In this document: piece after piece, positions 5,226-6,250 of the stretch
Layout of the letters: each line of letters starts with the position of its first letter
Position numbering within the stretch: position 1 is the first letter of the stretch
Virus record (IMG/VR): IMGVR_UViG_3300045988_001136
Coordinates: 1 to 6,250 of that record
DNA: 6,250 nt
Strand: one strand, 5' to 3'
DNA from: a virus
Program-made: the position numbers and the translations under genes
Notes under the pieces: generated by a model
Databases searched by the model: none
Told to the model about the DNA's origin: nothing
The model's input: only the letters and a program-made list of their open reading frames with translations

Positions 5226-6250
5226 ATGGCTTCTTACACTGGAATGTCCAATCTTCAAAATCATCCTCACCGTTCTGGATTTGATATTGGACGTAAAAAT
5301 GCGTTTACTGCGAAAGTTGGTGAGCTTCTCCCGGTTTATTGGGATATTTCTATGCCTGGTGATAAGTATAAGCTCAACGTTGAGTATTTCACCCGTACTC
5401 AGCCCGTTGAAACTTCTGCTTATACCCGTTTACGTGAATACTTTGATTTCTATGCTGTTCCGTTACGTCTTCTTTGGAAGTCTGCACCTTCCGTATTGAC
5501 CCAAATGCAGGATATCAATCAGATTCAAGCGTTGTCTTTTACTCAAAACTTGTCTCTTGGTTCTTATCTACCTTCTATTACTTTGAGTCGGTTGTCCACT
5601 TCTTTGTTTTATTTGAACTCTAAAGCCGACCCTGGTTCTTCTGCTGCTCAGACAAACATGTTTGGCTTTTACCGTGCTGATATGGCTTTTAAGCTTCTTA
5701 GTTATCTTGGTTATGGAAACTTTATTAAAGCTGCTCCTTCTTCCGATAATCGTTGGTGGTCTACAACTGTAAAGTCTTCTGCCTCGTCTTCATATACTCA
5801 GCTGTATATTCAGAATAATTATGTAAACATTTTCCCTATTCTTGCTTATCAGAAAATTTACCAGGATTTTTTCCGTTGGTCTCAATGGGAAAGAGCTAAT
5901 CCTTCTTCTTATAATGTTGATTATTATACAGGAACCTCTCCCGATATAGTGGCCTCTTTCCCTTCTTCTACTTCTGATTATTGGAAATCTGATACAATGT
6001 TTGACCTCAAATATTGTAATTGGAACAAAGATATGTTAATGGGTGTTCTCCCGAATTCTCAATTTGGTGATGTTGCTGTTATTGATATTGATAATTCCGG
6101 TAAGCCTGATGTTTTTTTGGGACTTGGTAATTCCAATAGCAAGGTAGGTGTAGCTTCTGCTGTTACTTCTAAAACGTCTCCTGTTCCTTTCTTTGCTACA
6201 GATGTTTCTTCATCTAATACACTACCTGTTGGTTCTACTCTCCGTGTTGA
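5226..6250 (+). CDS. VP1: Major capsid protein (VP1 / F-like), N-terminal part. It is open at the window end and continues at position 1 through the circular junction.
   Basis: From the ATG at 5226 I read the frame by hand with no stop through 6250: MASYTGMSNLQNHPHRSGFDIGRKNAFTAKVGELLPVYWDISMPGDKYKLNVEYFTRTQPVETSAYTRLREYFDFYAVPLRLLWK... This is the canonical microvirus capsid N-terminus. It is missing from the ORF track because no stop lies inside the window. Confidence 0.93.
   Translation, partial: MASYTGMSNLQNHPHRSGFDIGRKNAFTAKVGELLPVYWDISMPGDKYKLNVEYFTRTQPVETSAYTRLREYFDFYAVPLRLLWKSAPSVLTQMQDINQIQALSFTQNLSLGSYLPSITLSRLSTSLFYLNSKADPGSSAAQTNMFGFYRADMAFKLLSYLGYGNFIKAAPSSDNRWWSTTVKSSASSSYTQLYIQNNYVNIFPILAYQKIYQDFFRWSQWERANPSSYNVDYYTGTSPDIVASFPSSTSDYWKSDTMFDLKYCNWNKDMLMGVLPNSQFGDVAVIDIDNSGKPDVFLGLGNSNSKVGVASAVTSKTSPVPFFATDVSSSNTLPVGSTLRV
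6174..6250. repeat. Terminal redundancy copy 2 (identical to 1..77); unit genome length 6,173 nt
   Basis: Base-by-base comparison shows 77/77 identity with the window start. The repeat is internal to the VP1 reading frame and in phase. Confidence 0.97.

Noticed and set aside
554-5499. Plus-strand overlapping ORFs 554..745, 1234..1467, 1662..1916, 3553..3864, 4045..4575, 4660..4935 and 5281..5499, considered as possible phiX174 E-like embedded lysis genes
   Set aside because: Every one lies in the +1 frame of its host gene. With T dominating third codon positions, stops are depleted in that frame and T moves to the second codon position. This automatically yields long Leu/Phe/Val/Ile-rich ORFs. 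They are explained by composition, and a dedicated peptidase cassette already exists. An embedded amurin, for example 3553..3864 or 1662..1916, cannot be formally excluded without conservation or expression data.
1-6250. CRISPR arrays, insertion sequences, integrase or transposase genes, rRNA genes
   Set aside because: The only repeat pair I found is the 77-nt wrap-around, with no spaced direct-repeat arrays. No ORF carries recombinase, transposase or integrase motifs, and there is no room for them in a 6.2-kb genome that is already fully accounted for.

Overview
The window holds one complete circular Microviridae (ssDNA phage) genome of 6,173 nt plus a 77-nt wrap-around, since 1..77 is identical to 6174..6250. 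All credible genes lie on the + strand and share a strong T-ending codon bias. The order is: major capsid protein VP1 (5226..6173 continuing into 1..897, 614 aa in total); a small acidic putative scaffolding protein (912..1394); the VP2/H-like pilot protein (1394..2461); an intrinsic-terminator-like hairpin (2487..2520); about 340 nt of non-coding, hairpin-rich, G+C-elevated DNA (2521..2858); a Bacteroidota-type promoter (TTTG, 21 nt, TATCTTTG; 2859..2891); an accessory block; and the HUH rolling-circle Rep VP4 (3495..5198). The accessory block is a 57-aa orphan ORF (2934..3107), a 29-aa single-pass membrane peptide (3097..3186) and a 102-aa M15-family zinc peptidase (3190..3498). Gene sizes and order resemble the Alpavirinae-like gut microviruses associated with Bacteroidota. 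That assignment, and every homology statement here, rests on motifs I recognise by eye, not on a database search. Two things deserve a second look. First, the membrane-peptide plus M15-peptidase pair looks like a miniature holin/endolysin cassette in a family best known for single-gene lysis. Second, the segment between terminator and promoter carries three d(C-GAA-G) mini-hairpins, including an exact GCGAAGC; a perfect 9-bp hairpin; a 12-bp palindrome; and dif-like XerC/XerD half-sites. It is a candidate ssDNA replication origin and/or integration module. No rRNA, tRNA, CRISPR array or transposase was seen.
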